This document shows, piece by piece, positions 1 through 12,217 of a DNA stretch of 50,240 nt (within the stretch, counting starts at the first letter, position 1; every line of letters begins with the position of its first letter). The stretch lies in NCBI RefSeq assembly GCF_001194135.2, contig NC_068999.1, positions 8,975,946 through 9,026,185 on the forward strand, in the 5' to 3' direction. The position numbers and the translations under genes were made by a program. This DNA comes from Octopus bimaculoides (taxonomy: Eukaryota). The notes beneath the pieces are model-generated. The model made no database searches. It worked only from the letters and a program-made list of their open reading frames with translations, and was not told the origin of the DNA.

Positions 1-31
<31 letters not shown>

Positions 32-339
32 AAAGATAGATAGATGAATAGATAGATAGACTGATAGGTAGAGTGAGAGAGAGACAGGGAGAGAGAACGT
101 CAAGGGAAAGACACAGAGTGAGATCGAAAGACAGCCAGACATGCAAGGATGAGATAACACCGATAATTTAGATAAAGAAATTGGTAAAGTAAATGAAGGA
201 GGCTGATTCAGACAGTCACAGCAGACTGCCAAATGAGATGTGTACCCCAAACTCTCATCCGGTATCTCACTGCGTTGCGTTCGATTCCCAACTGGGTCCG
301 TAATTATGAAACCACCCTCTAAGTCTTAGAGAAGTTAGC

Positions 340-750
340 TATCACCTATATATTAGGGTCGATTTAACCGACTTTACCCCAGGGATAACTATTACATATA
401 CGCGTAGAAAATAATATCTTTTTTTATTTCTTATTATAATTATTAAGGTTTGCTTTGAATCTTTACAATCACAGTTCAAATACAATGAAGTTAACATTGG
501 CTTTCTTTTTTTCCTGGGTCGGTAAATTGAAATAATAAGAAAAAAAAAAAAAAAGAAACAAGTACAGAAAACAAGGTAATCGACTTATCCCCTCTCCTCA
601 ACATTTCCGATCAGAATTAAAAATAATGATAAACATATTTGTTTTTTTGTGCCGAATCTCTTTATTTGTACTAATCTCCCCGAGGTAAACTTTGAGATTC
701 ATCCAACGGGCTCGATAAAATAAACACCAGTTAAGTATAGTGGTCAATAG
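340..750 (+). mobile_element. Scattered, diverged fragments of SINE family A (about 345-390, 575-612, 678-750)
   Basis: Segments GGGTCGATTTAACCGAC, GTAATCGACTTATCCCCTCTCC and CCGAGGTAAACTTTG..CATCC..GGGCTCGATAAAATAA resemble the core of better-preserved copies at 13651 and 39004. Confidence 0.5.
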
Positions 751-762
751 AAAGAAATATCA

Positions 763-841
<79 letters not shown>

Positions 842-919
842 CATTGAGTGAGAGAGCAGTGCATGCCATCAAAGTGACACTGGGGTAAAATATACGAAGC
901 CCAATATACCCATCATGAC

Positions 920-985
<66 letters not shown>

Positions 986-1060
986 CATTATTATTATTGT
1001 TGTTGTTATTGTTATTGTTGTTGTTGATGTTGTTGTTGGTGTTGTTTTTGTTGTTGCTGT
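763..1060. repeat. (ATT)n/(GTT)n microsatellite interrupted by a 76-bp complex island (845-920)
   Basis: Seen directly. Confidence 0.95.
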
Positions 1061-1967
1061 TTATCGCCAAGACTAGACGTGTCACGAACGCTCCGTGAGT
1101 TATTCACTTGTTTTCATTTCTAAGAATCTATTTTTGCCACGGATTTTGTTGTATTGTGTATCGTCCTTTGAGCAGACCATTAGGGTTTGAGCCAGAGTTA
1201 TTGTTATTTGCCTTAAGGGGAGAAATTTGGAAAAGAAACTATTTCTTTTCGAAATATTGAATAAAATTTAACATGGCGTCATCTTCACCAAATCAATAAA
1301 AGAGGAGAGTGGGAGGTGATTTTGAAGGCGAAATTTTCGCCTTCAATTACCTCCCCCCGGCTAATATATCAGGTATTAACAGTAGAATCAACAGCAACCA
1401 TTAAAACAGCAACAAAAAACAACAACATTGACATCGGTAAAAAACATAAATGAATAAATATGCCAAAATAAAAGCACAAATACCAACATTGGCATCACCA
1501 ACGCTGACCAAAGTAACAACAACAACAACAACGAACAAGAGAAACTGGAGGAAGAAGAATTTTTCACACATAACGGGACCTGTGTGGGGGCACAAATAAT
1601 CTGAAGACTTTTTGCTTATAGCAAAAGAGAAAAGGGCGATCCCAACTTTTGTCCGCACCACCGACACTACCAAAACTACAGCGACAGCACCAGAAGAAGC
1701 AGGTGACTACTACAGATGTATAAAGACCAGGAACGATTGCATCAAGAACAATTACATTAGCATCTTCAACAGTAGCAGCAACAACAGTAAACGGAACAGA
1801 AAACACATTAATACAAATGGCCTCCACATTCCAGACAGTGACACAAAGAACGAAAAGAGAATCTCCCAAAACAACTTTATCAATAGAACAATAGTAAAAA
1901 GTCTTTCCAAGATATCCCCCTCGCGTTTTCAGGCAACTCAGATATGTCCTGTAATGAAGGGGACGAA

Positions 1968-2380
1968 GCTGGCACTGTACCGGTTATGACGACGTGGTTT
2001 CCAGCTGATCCGATCAACTAAAAAGCGTGCCCGTGAAATTAGCGTGCAGTGGCTGAGTATACCACAGACACGCGTACCGTTAACGTAGATCTCAGTGAGA
2101 TTCAGCGTAACACAGAATGCGACAAGGTTGGCACTGTGTCGGCTATGACAACGAGGTTTCCTGCTAATCCGATCAACAAAAAAGCATGCTCGTGAGATTT
2201 ACGTGCAAGTGGCTGAGTACATCAAAGACACGCGTACTGCTGACATAGATCTCAGTGAGATTCAGCATAACACAAAATGTGAAACGGCTGGGGCTCTGTC
2301 GGTTACGATGACGAAGTTTCCAGGTGATCCAAACAACGGAATAGCCTGCTCGTGAAATTGGCGTGCGAGTGGCTGAGTAT
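1968..2380 (+). repeat. Tandem array of ~160-bp units, 2.6 copies (1968-2126, 2127-2286, 2287-2380); probably an internal segment of an interspersed SINE-like repeat
   Basis: Collinear blocks GCTGGCACTGT, GATCCGATCAAC, CGTGAAATT, GTGGCTGAGTA, AGACACGCGTAC and ATCTCAGTGAGATTCAGC recur at a 159-160 bp period. The SINE origin is recalled, not verified. Confidence 0.85.
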
Positions 2381-2383
2381 CTG

Positions 2384-2459
<76 letters not shown>

Positions 2460-2544
2460 AATATACATACATGCAGGAATACATACTTACACACTTATAT
2501 ACATATATATACATATATATTTTTATATATGTACATATATATAC

Positions 2545-2582
<38 letters not shown>

Positions 2583-2672
2583 GTATATACATACATATGT
2601 GTATATATATACATCTATATATATACACATATATATATATATATGCATATATATATATATATACACATATAT

Positions 2673-2758
<86 letters not shown>

Positions 2759-2800
2759 ATGTATTTGTGTGTGTAATATGTATGTATTTACCTATGTACC
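2381..2800. repeat. Compound (ATCT)n-(TA)n-(CA)n-(TG)n microsatellite
   Basis: Seen directly. Confidence 0.95.
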
Positions 2801-3566
2801 TATTTCTGTATATCAGTTGAAATTTATATAACTGTTTATCTGCGAATCAAACTAGACGTTAAGACATCGTTTATTTTTTTGTATGTACTTGTTAATAAAT
2901 ATCTTTCGTTCATTCATTCATTTTTAGTTTATTTACGTTTCGTCTTCTTTCTTTATGCTCTCCTGAATATATCTATGCATTCGTCTTTTTTCTCACTATC
3001 CCTGTCCATCCTTTTATTCGTTTTTTCTTTCTTTCTTTCTTTCTTCCTTGCTTATCTTCTTAGCTTCTTCCCCCCTTCCTTGCATCCACCACACTCTTCC
3101 GTTAAATAATGCCTACTGCCGCCATTTCGTTTAGTAATACGATGTACCTGTACGTACTACCAGTATCCTAAACAGCACCATAATAAATAAAGCGCCGCAC
3201 AGGCTGCCACCTGGTGAGCGAAAAAGGGAACAGCCAAGGCCAACAATCCACGTGATCTCAGCATTGTCTCTTTCCCTTGCTATTAGAACATGAACAATAT
3301 ATGTCTGCAATACACGTAGAGTGACAGGAAGTTGTGGAGTCGTAGTGGAAGTGAAAACACTAGAAGTCCCACTATCTTCAAGAAGACGTCTATTAAGCCA
3401 TATTGTCGCAAAATTCTTCAGTCTAACAATACATTTTAATGGAATAATTGATCGTTGAACGCGGTAGAAGGGTGGAAAGTTGGTGATGGGTGGATGGGGG
3501 GGGGAATGCGGTCCAGTAGAGAACGACAAGATTCTTCAGAAATACAAAGTAAAATAAAAATGAAGT

Positions 3567-3569
<3 letters not shown>

Positions 3570-3625
<56 letters not shown>

Positions 3626-3709
3626 AAGTGAGTGAGTTAGTGTGAGAGAGAGAAGAGAGGGTGGAGAGAAGGATAAAACGACGGGGGACAGAGAGGGGAG
3701 AAGAGACAG

Positions 3710-3748
<39 letters not shown>

Positions 3749-3947
3749 GTGGAAGAGAGATACGTAGGTTGATGGACAGATAGACGCATAGAGAACGTGG
3801 GAAAGATAAAAATAAACAGAATAAATTTAAAAAAAATTTAACATACAAACAAACAAACGAAAAAAAACCCAGACAAAACAACACAAAATACTGGAAAGCA
3901 ATGGATAAACAGAGAGTGTAATGATGACGATCATGATGATTTTGATA

Positions 3948-3988
<41 letters not shown>

Positions 3989-4220
3989 TATTATTATTAT
4001 TATTATTACTATTATTATTATTATGAGGATGATGATGATGATGATAATAATAGTAATGTTGAAGGTGATGATGATGTTTATGATAATGATGACGATGATA
4101 GTGGTGTCAATGGTAGACTTATTGGTGATGGTGATGATGATGATTGTGGTGGTGGTAATTATGATGATGATGTTGGTGAGAAGGAGAAGGGGAAAGCGGA
4201 GGCAGTCGACAGTGAAAACA
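3570..4220. repeat. (GATA)n/(GA)n followed by (AAT)n/(ATT)n/(ATG)n microsatellites
   Basis: Seen directly. Confidence 0.9.
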
Positions 4221-4650
4221 GCGATGATAATGAAGTGAAAATGAGGCTGAAAGATTGCTGAAGAGAATGAGACAGTTACTGAAAGAGAGGTTCATAGGGA
4301 ATGGGTCAGACAGGAATATTATTTAAGGCTAGTGACAGGATCTTAAATAAAGCTGAGAGAGGGAAAGATAAAGAGGGACCAATGGATAGATACGAGGGAG
4401 GAAGAGTGAGAGTGAGAGTGATAGAAAGAGAGAGAGAGGGAGAGATTGTGGCATAGAGAGAGGGAGAGGAAGAGAGAGAGAGAGAGAGAGAGTGACAGAT
4501 ATTGTGGCATAGAGAGAGATAGAGTGAGAGAAACAGAGAGAGAAAGAGTAGGGAGATAAGAGAAATATAAATGATAGTTAAAACGATCGTACAGGGACTT
4601 TTTTAAAGTTTCGTAAGCAACTTCCAGCAATTAATCTGAAATGAATACAC

Positions 4651-4685
<35 letters not shown>

Positions 4686-4839
4686 CACACACACCTTGGA
4701 GAAGGCCTGGATGGAAAGCACTCAGCATACAAAAAAAAAAAAATGACCATACATGGGTATGTTGCCCGGAAGCTTCAAGAAGACAGTAGAATTGACACGA
4801 AGCACGGCCTCTCTTGGACACAAGATCACTATATCACAT

Positions 4840-4940
4840 CACACTTTGAAGGCTAATTGTTTGCAATTCAGGAACGTTGTGTTAACAACAGACAAGAGGA
4901 GGACAAATATCCGTCAAATGTAAATTATGTAAATAATGTA
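4840..4940 (+). mobile_element. Short repeat homologous to 48445-48590 (putative Penelope-like terminal repeat with a very decayed hammerhead)
   Basis: Shares GTT(G/C)TGTTAACAACA...ATCCGTC(A/C)AATGTAAAT...TAAATAATGTA with 48536-48590. Confidence 0.55.
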
Positions 4941-5001
4941 CATATTGCAGACGGTAATAAATTTAAATAATATGCAAATACTACTACCATTAAGAATACT
5001 A

Positions 5002-5940
5002 ATCCTTTCTACTTTAGGCACAAGGCTGGACATTTTGCTGGGAGAGGGCAGGCAGATTACATCGGTCCCAGCGTACTTCTGGTATTTTCTTTTATCCACT
5101 CCGAGATGATAAAAGGTAAAGTTGACCTCCATGAGTCAAAAGAAACGCCGCTGAATATTTTGGCCATCGTGTTGCTTCTACCAGTTCATCGCCACAGTAA
5201 AATAAATAATGATACCTAGTATTTGCACAAGGTCCGAAATTTTAAGGGAGAAAACTAGTAGATATAATCGACTCCAGGGTTCAACTGCTACTTATTTTGT
5301 TGACACCGAGAAGATGAAAGGCCAAGTCGACCTCGGTGGAATTTGAACTCAGAGTATAAAGTCAAACGAAATGCAGAAAGGTTTCTAATTTAGGCAAGAG
5401 ATCTGACGTAAGGACAGATAGAATGACGCTAAGCTTTTTGTCCGTCGTGCTGACGACTGCGTCAGCTCGCCGTTTTAATAATAATCCTTTCTAATATAGG
5501 AACGAGGCCTGAGGTTTGAGGGGAGGAGTTAAGCCGATTACAGCGACCCTAGTACTCAACTAGCAATTATTTTTCATTGACCCCGAAAGGACGAAAGGCA
5601 AAGTCGACCTCGGCGGAATTTGAACTCACAACATAAAGACAGACGAAATACCGCTAAGCATTTCGTCCGGCGTGGTTACTGTTCTACCAACTCACCGTCT
5701 TAGTAATAATAATAAAAATAAATATTCTCTTCTGCTCTAGGCGCAAGGCTCAAAAATTTATTTTTGGAGTGGGGAGCAGTCGATGAAATCAAGGCCAGTA
5801 CGCAACTGGTACTTAATTTATCGACCCTGAAATTATGAAAGGAAACGTCGACCTCGGCGGAATTTGAACCCAGAACGTAAAGACAGACGAAATGCCGCTA
5901 AGCATTTCGCCTGGCATGATCACGGTCAGCTCGCTGTCTT
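5002..5940 (-). mobile_element. Head-to-tail stack of 4-5 SINE family A units (about 5002-5193, 5215-5380, 5381-5472 internally deleted, 5483-5700, 5725-5940)
   Basis: Repeated reverse-complement blocks GTCGACCTCGGCGGAATTTGAAC (B-box side), GCTAAGCATTTCG, CAGCTCGCC and tail CCTTTCTA..TAGGCACAAGGC. Confidence 0.85.
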
Positions 5941-5941
5941 A

Positions 5942-5942
<1 letters not shown>

Positions 5943-5999
<57 letters not shown>

Positions 6000-6060
6000 T
6001 AATAATAATAATAATAACAATAATAATAATAATAATAACAATAATAATAATAAATATTAA
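5943..6060. repeat. (AAT)n microsatellite
   Basis: Seen directly. Confidence 0.95.
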
Positions 6061-6380
6061 CAATATATTTACACAATACATGATTGATGTAAAGTTATAT
6101 TGAAATTAACATGGAGACAATACTGTCAGTGTTTATTAAAACGCAATATACAAAAATATACCATATATTTACACACACATATATCAAATTCATACATGTA
6201 TACATTCATATATTCATGTACACATGCATACATACATATAATGTATATAATATTGTAAATTATAATATTTATAGGTATATATAAATATTATATGTAATAC
6301 ATATAAAATAATATAATATATAATATCATAATAATAATAAGAATATTATACAGATATATAATACATGATAGAATACAACA

Positions 6381-6417
<37 letters not shown>

Positions 6418-6910
6418 NNNNNNNNNNNNNNNNNNNNNNNNNNNNNNNNNNNNNNNNNNNNNNNNNNNNNNNNNNNNNNNNNNNNNNNNNNNNNNNNNNN
6501 NNNNNNNNNNNNNNNNNNNNNNNNNNNNNNNNNNNNNNNNNNNNNNNNNNNNNNNNNNNNNNNNNNNNNNNNNNNNNNNNNNNNNNNNNNNNNNNNNNNN
6601 NNNNNNNNNNNNNNNNNNNNNNNNNNNNNNNNNNNAGACTGTCGCTTTTCTCAATGACAAAGCAAATAATGATTCGGTTTTTTTTATGTTAAATATTTTC
6701 TTGGAAATTGTGGGAGAGGAAAAAGAAAAATTTGGAGAAAATGAAAGCAAAAAAAAAAAACCAACTTTTCCATCATAAATTTTTTTTTATAAAAACGCAA
6801 GCTAAAAACGTTTTTCTTTTATTTTATTATCATGCTTGATATATATATATATATGCGTGTGTTCTCGTGTATGTGTAAATAGATATGTAAGTATGTATAC
6901 ACACACACAT

Positions 6911-6949
<39 letters not shown>

Positions 6950-7189
6950 AACGCAATTTTTTTCCCTCATTTGGAAAGTAATTTTTTAATGTTGCTTTGA
7001 AGCAAAAATTAAACAAAGCAAAATAAAATAAAATAAAATAAAAAATAAATGTCACCACAAGAAAAATAAAGAATTTCGTATGTATCGTTAGATTCTCTTC
7101 TAATTTCACCATTTTCTCTCTTTCATGCCGTAATTCGTTCGTTCGTTCGTTCATTTTTGTTGTTGTTATTGTTGTTCTTCTTCTTCGTC

Positions 7190-7193
7190 TTAA

Positions 7194-7255
<62 letters not shown>

Positions 7256-7431
7256 AACCCACCACTGCCACCACCACTGATACTTCCTTTCCTACTCCAG
7301 CTCGTCCTTCTTGTAACTTTTATTCTCCTCTTCCTCCCCCTCCATCATCATCCTCATCATCACTACCACCATCACCACCACCGTCACCACCACCACCACC
7401 ACCATCACCATCATCATCATCGTCGACAGCG

Positions 7432-7464
<33 letters not shown>

Positions 7465-7465
7465 A
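7190..7465. repeat. (TAC)n and (CAT)n/(CAC)n microsatellites
   Basis: Seen directly. Confidence 0.9.
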
Positions 7466-7646
7466 CAACACCTTTTTCTTATCTATTTTTCTACTTTTCC
7501 ATTTCTGATTTATTTATTTATTTTTCTTGTTCTTGTGGATGATTTTTCAATTCCCAATATTATTACTAGGAATATATTTGCTTTCCGTATTGTATTTTGT
7601 TAAAATTTATTGGTTTAACCAACCACCAACCCATATCCTCTCACAC

Positions 7647-7990
7647 CGTTTACGACTGGACACATTATTCGGATGAATAATCGGAAAATCCCTAAAAAGA
7701 TGCTATATGGCGAACTTGCGTGTGAAATTCGTCAAGATCAGAAAAACCAAGACTACAGCATAAGTATTTTGCAAAGCCTACGTTGAAAGCATATGACACA
7801 TTACAGAATATCTGGGAGAGCAATGCTTTACTTCGCCAGCAACAGAGGGGAACAATAAATAAAGGAGTGCGTTTTTTCCAAAAAATAAACACATTTTTAT
7901 GCACAATATAAGGGAGTTGTTTGAAAACATCTTCATCGCCCCAGTGAAGTGAATGAGGTAATGAATGATCTCAAATGATCTCAAATGAAC
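7647..7990 (+). mobile_element. 3' remnant of an RTE/BovB-type non-LTR retrotransposon (C-terminus of ORF, frameshifted)
   Basis: My translation from 7658: GHIIRMNNRKIPKKMLYGEL, then after a frameshift KPRLQHK..KPTLKAYD..NIWESNALLRQQQRGTINKGVRFF. This matches the RTE C-terminal pattern (L-R-W-x-G-H-V-x-R-M...P-K-x-x-L-Y-G-E-L...W-E-x-x-A-x-x-R-x-x-W-R). A short duplicated AATGATCTCA tail follows. Confidence 0.8.
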
Positions 7991-8104
7991 GGTCCCAAAT
8001 ATCGGTGGATGTTTTATGTATAACAGGAGCAGGACAGATAACTCACAGGCAGAACTACAAGTATAAAGTATATATTTGCCTGAGTGACGAGTGAACTGTT
8101 AAGG

Positions 8105-8335
8105 ATATATGGCATGATCCTTCTGTCCGGCATTCGCCATGATAGATCGCTGACCACTACATTTATATTTTTTCTCCTTGTTTCTCTCCTTATTTCTTTC
8201 TGTGTTCCTTTCAGTTGAAGAGCGTAGGCTCGAAACGTTAAAGACTTTCTCTATTCCCGAGCGTTAAACTAATACATCCATTTGTCGTTTACACTACTTG
8301 TCTTCGTGTGTTATTTTTTTCGTAAATTCTCCCAT
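8105..8335 (+). mobile_element. Short interspersed repeat carrying a hammerhead-like motif (putative Penelope-like terminal repeat)
   Basis: Pyrimidine-rich segment followed by the motif at 8208-8243. Boundaries are approximate. Confidence 0.5.
8208..8243 (+). ncRNA. Degenerate minimal type I hammerhead ribozyme motif
   Basis: CTTT-CAGTTGA-A-GAGC(GTAG)GCTC-GAAA-C-GT-T^AAAG: 4-bp stem I, 4-bp stem II, palindromic ACGT stem III. The core has 2 mismatches to CUGANGA. Confidence 0.55.
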
Positions 8336-8526
8336 ATATATANNNNNNNNNNNNNNNNNNNNNNNNNNNNNNNNNNNNNNNNNNNNNNNNNNNNNNNNNN
8401 NNNNNNNNNNNNNNNNNNNNNNNNNNNNNNNNNNNNNNNNNNNNNNNNNNNNNNNNNNNNNNNNNNNNNNNNNNNNNNNNNNNNNNNNNNNNNNNNNNNN
8501 NNNNNNNNNNNNNNNNNNNNNNNNNN

Positions 8527-8566
<40 letters not shown>

Positions 8567-8994
8567 ATTCACATTAGGTATCCACATTAGGTGGTGTGGT
8601 AACTGAACCGGCAAAACCTACTAAACTGCCTTGGTAAAGAGAGTCGTTTTCGTACGACAGCTTAAGCGCAAATCTTTTCACGACAGACGAAAATAGCAAG
8701 AAAGGCAGTATTAATCCTATCTCTAATCTACTGGCTTGCATACTTACAAAATGAAGGAACGTACAGACTATGAATACAATTGTCACCTAAAGAAAATAAA
8801 AGGACAAAGAAATGAACAATTATCATATGACCTTAGCAAATGAAGTTCATAAGATAATTCTTTATTCCTTTGTATTCCCATTTTCATATTACGGCTCTGT
8901 ACTCGATTAACATTCCTTTCTGAAGTATAGGTATATAGAGTTCTACAGCAGATTATTAGTATCACAATGTCTAAGCAAAATATACCTATCTGTG

Positions 8995-9058
<64 letters not shown>

Positions 9059-9084
9059 CGTCCGTCTGTCTGTTTGTCTGTCTG

Positions 9085-9120
<36 letters not shown>

Positions 9121-11142
9121 NNNNNNNNNNNNNNNNNNNNNNNNNNNNNNNNNNNNNNNNNNNNNNNNNNNNNNNNNNNNNNNNNNNNNNNNNNNNNNNN
9201 NNNNNNNNNNNNNNNNNNNNNNNNNNNNNNNNNNNNNNNNNNNNNNNNNNNNNNNNNNNNNNNNNNNNNNNNNNNNNNNNNNNNNNNNNNNNNNNNNNNN
9301 NNNNNNNNNNNNNNNNNNNNNNNNNNNNNNNNNNNNNNNNNNNNNNNNNNNNNNNNNNNNNNNNNNNNNNNNNNNNNNNNNNNNNNNNNNNNNNNNNNNN
9401 NNNNNNNNNNNNNNNNNNNNNNNNNNNNNNNNNNNNNNNNNNNNNNNNNNNNNNNNNNNNNNNNNNNNNNNNNNNNNNNNNNNNNNNNNNNNNNNNNNNN
9501 NNNNNNNNNNNNNNNNNNNNNNNNNNNNNNNNNNNNNNNNNNNNNNNNNNNNNNNNNNNNNNNNNNNNNNNNNNNNNNNNNNNNNNNNNNNNNNNNNNNN
9601 NNNNNNNNNNNNNNNNNNNNNNNNNNNNNNNNNNNNNNNNNNNNNNNNNNNNNNNNNNNNNNNNNNNNNNNNNNNNNNNNNNNNNNNNNNNNNNNNNNNN
9701 NNNNNNNNNNNNNNNNNNNNNACCCAAAACAAAAGACAAGAAAAAAAAAAGAAAATATATATACATACATATATAAAACACCAGAGAAGTAGAGATGATA
9801 GAGCCAAATGAAAGTTTTTCGTTTGCGTGACTTTTTACGAAATAGAAAATTAGCAGTATGAGCCGAGATGGAAGTGCAAAAACGTATAGAGCAGAGAAAA
9901 ATCTTTATAGCAGGTGAGATTAACTTTAGGTTTTAATATTATTCTTAATATATTGAATGTTTGTAGAGCACCGTTTGGTGTTCATCTTTGTATAAAGCAC
10001 AACATCTAACGAATTTTCATCAACTTTCCTTTAGGCAAACTATACAACCTTAAGAGTTTTGGCATGTTTTTAATATCAGCTCTTCTCCTTACCATTACTC
10101 TCATTACAACAACAACAACAACAGCAACAACAACGACGACGACGACGATAATAACAGCAACAGCAGTAAAAGAAACAAAAACAATAAAAATGTTAACAAC
10201 AACAAAAAAAAACATCAACAACAAGCCGCGACCTCTCCGTCGGCAACACCTTTACATTTATCATCACCACCTCAACTACAAGCACAATCACGACCACAAC
10301 CAGACCCAGAGTTGAATCTACCTCCACCCACCGCTAACAACANNNNNNNNNNNNNNNNNNNNNNNNNNNNNNNNNNNNNNNNNNNNNNNNNNNNNNNNNN
10401 NNNNNNNNNNNNNNNNNNNNNNNNNNNNNNNNNNNNNNNNNNNNNNNNNNNNNNNNNNNNNNNNNNNNNNNNNNNNNNNNNNNNNNNNNNNNNNNNNNNN
10501 NNNNNNNNNNNNNNNNNNNNNNNNNNNNNNNNNNNNNNNNNNNNNNNNNNNNNNNNNNNNNNNNNNNNNNNNNNNNNNNNNNNNNNNNNNNNNNNNNNNN
10601 NNNNNNNNNNNNNNNNNNNNNNNNNNNNNNNNNNNNNNNNNNNNNNNNNNNNNNNNNNNNNNNNNNNNNNNNNNNNNNNNNNNNNNNNNNNNNNNNNNNN
10701 NNNNNNNNNNNNNNNNNNNNNNNNNNNNNNNNNNNNNNNNNNNNNNNNNNNNNNNNNNNNNNNNNNNNNNNNNNNNNNNNNNNNNNNNNNNNNNNNNNNN
10801 NNNNNNNNNNNNNNNNNNNNNNNNNNNNNNNNNNNNNNNNNNNNNNNNNNNNNNNNNNNNNNNNNNNNNNNNNNNNNNNNNNNNNNNNNNNNNNNNNNNN
10901 NNNNNNNNNNNNNNNNNNNNNNNNNNNNNNNNNNNNNNNNNNNNNNNNNNNNNNNNNNNNNNNNNNNNNNNNNNNNNNNNNNNNNNNNNNNNNNNNNNNN
11001 NNNNNNNNNNNNNNNNNNNATATATATATATATATCTGTGTATATACATATATATATATATATACACGCACATATATATTAATTTATAGTTTTATACACA
11101 CATGTATATAATTGCATACGTATATATATATAATATATATGT

Positions 11143-11191
<49 letters not shown>

Positions 11192-11718
11192 ATTTTTATA
11201 TATATAAATATACATATTTATATATACATTTCTATATACAGTCTTATATATAACCTTATACATACACATGCACACACACACACATCATGATGGTGATGGT
11301 GTTCATCATAATAATAACCATAATAATAGTAATAATAATAACAGTAACAAAAAATAATAGCACCGAATAAAATGGACTCCAAAGAATATCAACACATTAA
11401 CAACACAAAAAGTACAAAAAATACGAAGAATAAATACTAATAAAAATTACAGCAATAATAATTGTAAATACGAACAAGAAAATATATATAAATAAGTAAA
11501 TGAACTCCAAAGAAGCAAAAAAAAAACCATTTTGAAAGAAATAAACTTATTCTTCTCCCCTCTGACAAATGAAGCAAATGAAATATTAAGCCAAAGAAAT
11601 AAGAAGAGAAATGAAAGCCAGTATCTGCTTCAATAAAATAATACAATTCTTACACGCACTCACGTACTCACGCACGTTTGCCATCACTCACGCATACACA
11701 TAGGCATACAGGCAAACG

Positions 11719-11767
<49 letters not shown>

Positions 11768-12184
11768 GGATGTATTCGTGGAATAAAAACCATTTTCATG
11801 CATACGTGCTAACACGTTGGTAGAAGCATTTGCAGATACGCATGGAACATCCACCCTCGAGACTACCTTCGCACCTCCTGCGAAAGTGTGTTCCATATAC
11901 CATGTTCTATTCAATTGCCAGGACGTATATTGAGAGATAAAACAGACATTGATTAGCTTTTAGACTTGTTGGTATTCCTTTGGCTCATACACACACACAC
12001 ACACGCACACACGTGTACACACAGACACACACACATATATATATACACACACATATACATACACGCATACATATATATATATATATACATATATGTATAT
12101 ACGGATATATGTATATATATATATGTGTGTGTGTGTATATATGCTTATATATATACATATATATGTATATATATATATATTTAT

Positions 12185-12217
<33 letters not shown>

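Noticed and set aside
270-300. tRNA gene candidate (GTTCGATTCCC B-box-like; a similar motif lies near 25350)
   Set aside because: No cloverleaf can be folded; at most a SINE or tRNA relic.
1601-1645. CTGAAGA..GAAA hammerhead look-alike
   Set aside because: Has a stem II-like hairpin, but no UH after the GGG/CCC stem and no stem I partner.
1401-1989. Overlapping ORFs, including 1612-1989 (+)
   Set aside because: Cryptic AAC/GCA low-complexity sequence with no homology that I recognise.
1968-2380. CRISPR-like reading of the 160-bp array
   Set aside because: Whole units repeat with no unique spacers, there are no cas genes, and the context is eukaryotic.
3131-3529. 132-aa minus-strand ORF, the longest in non-repetitive sequence
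   Set aside because: Non-ATG start, no recognisable domain and no convincing splice context; one such ORF is expected by chance. RNA-seq or tblastx conservation would be needed to revive it.
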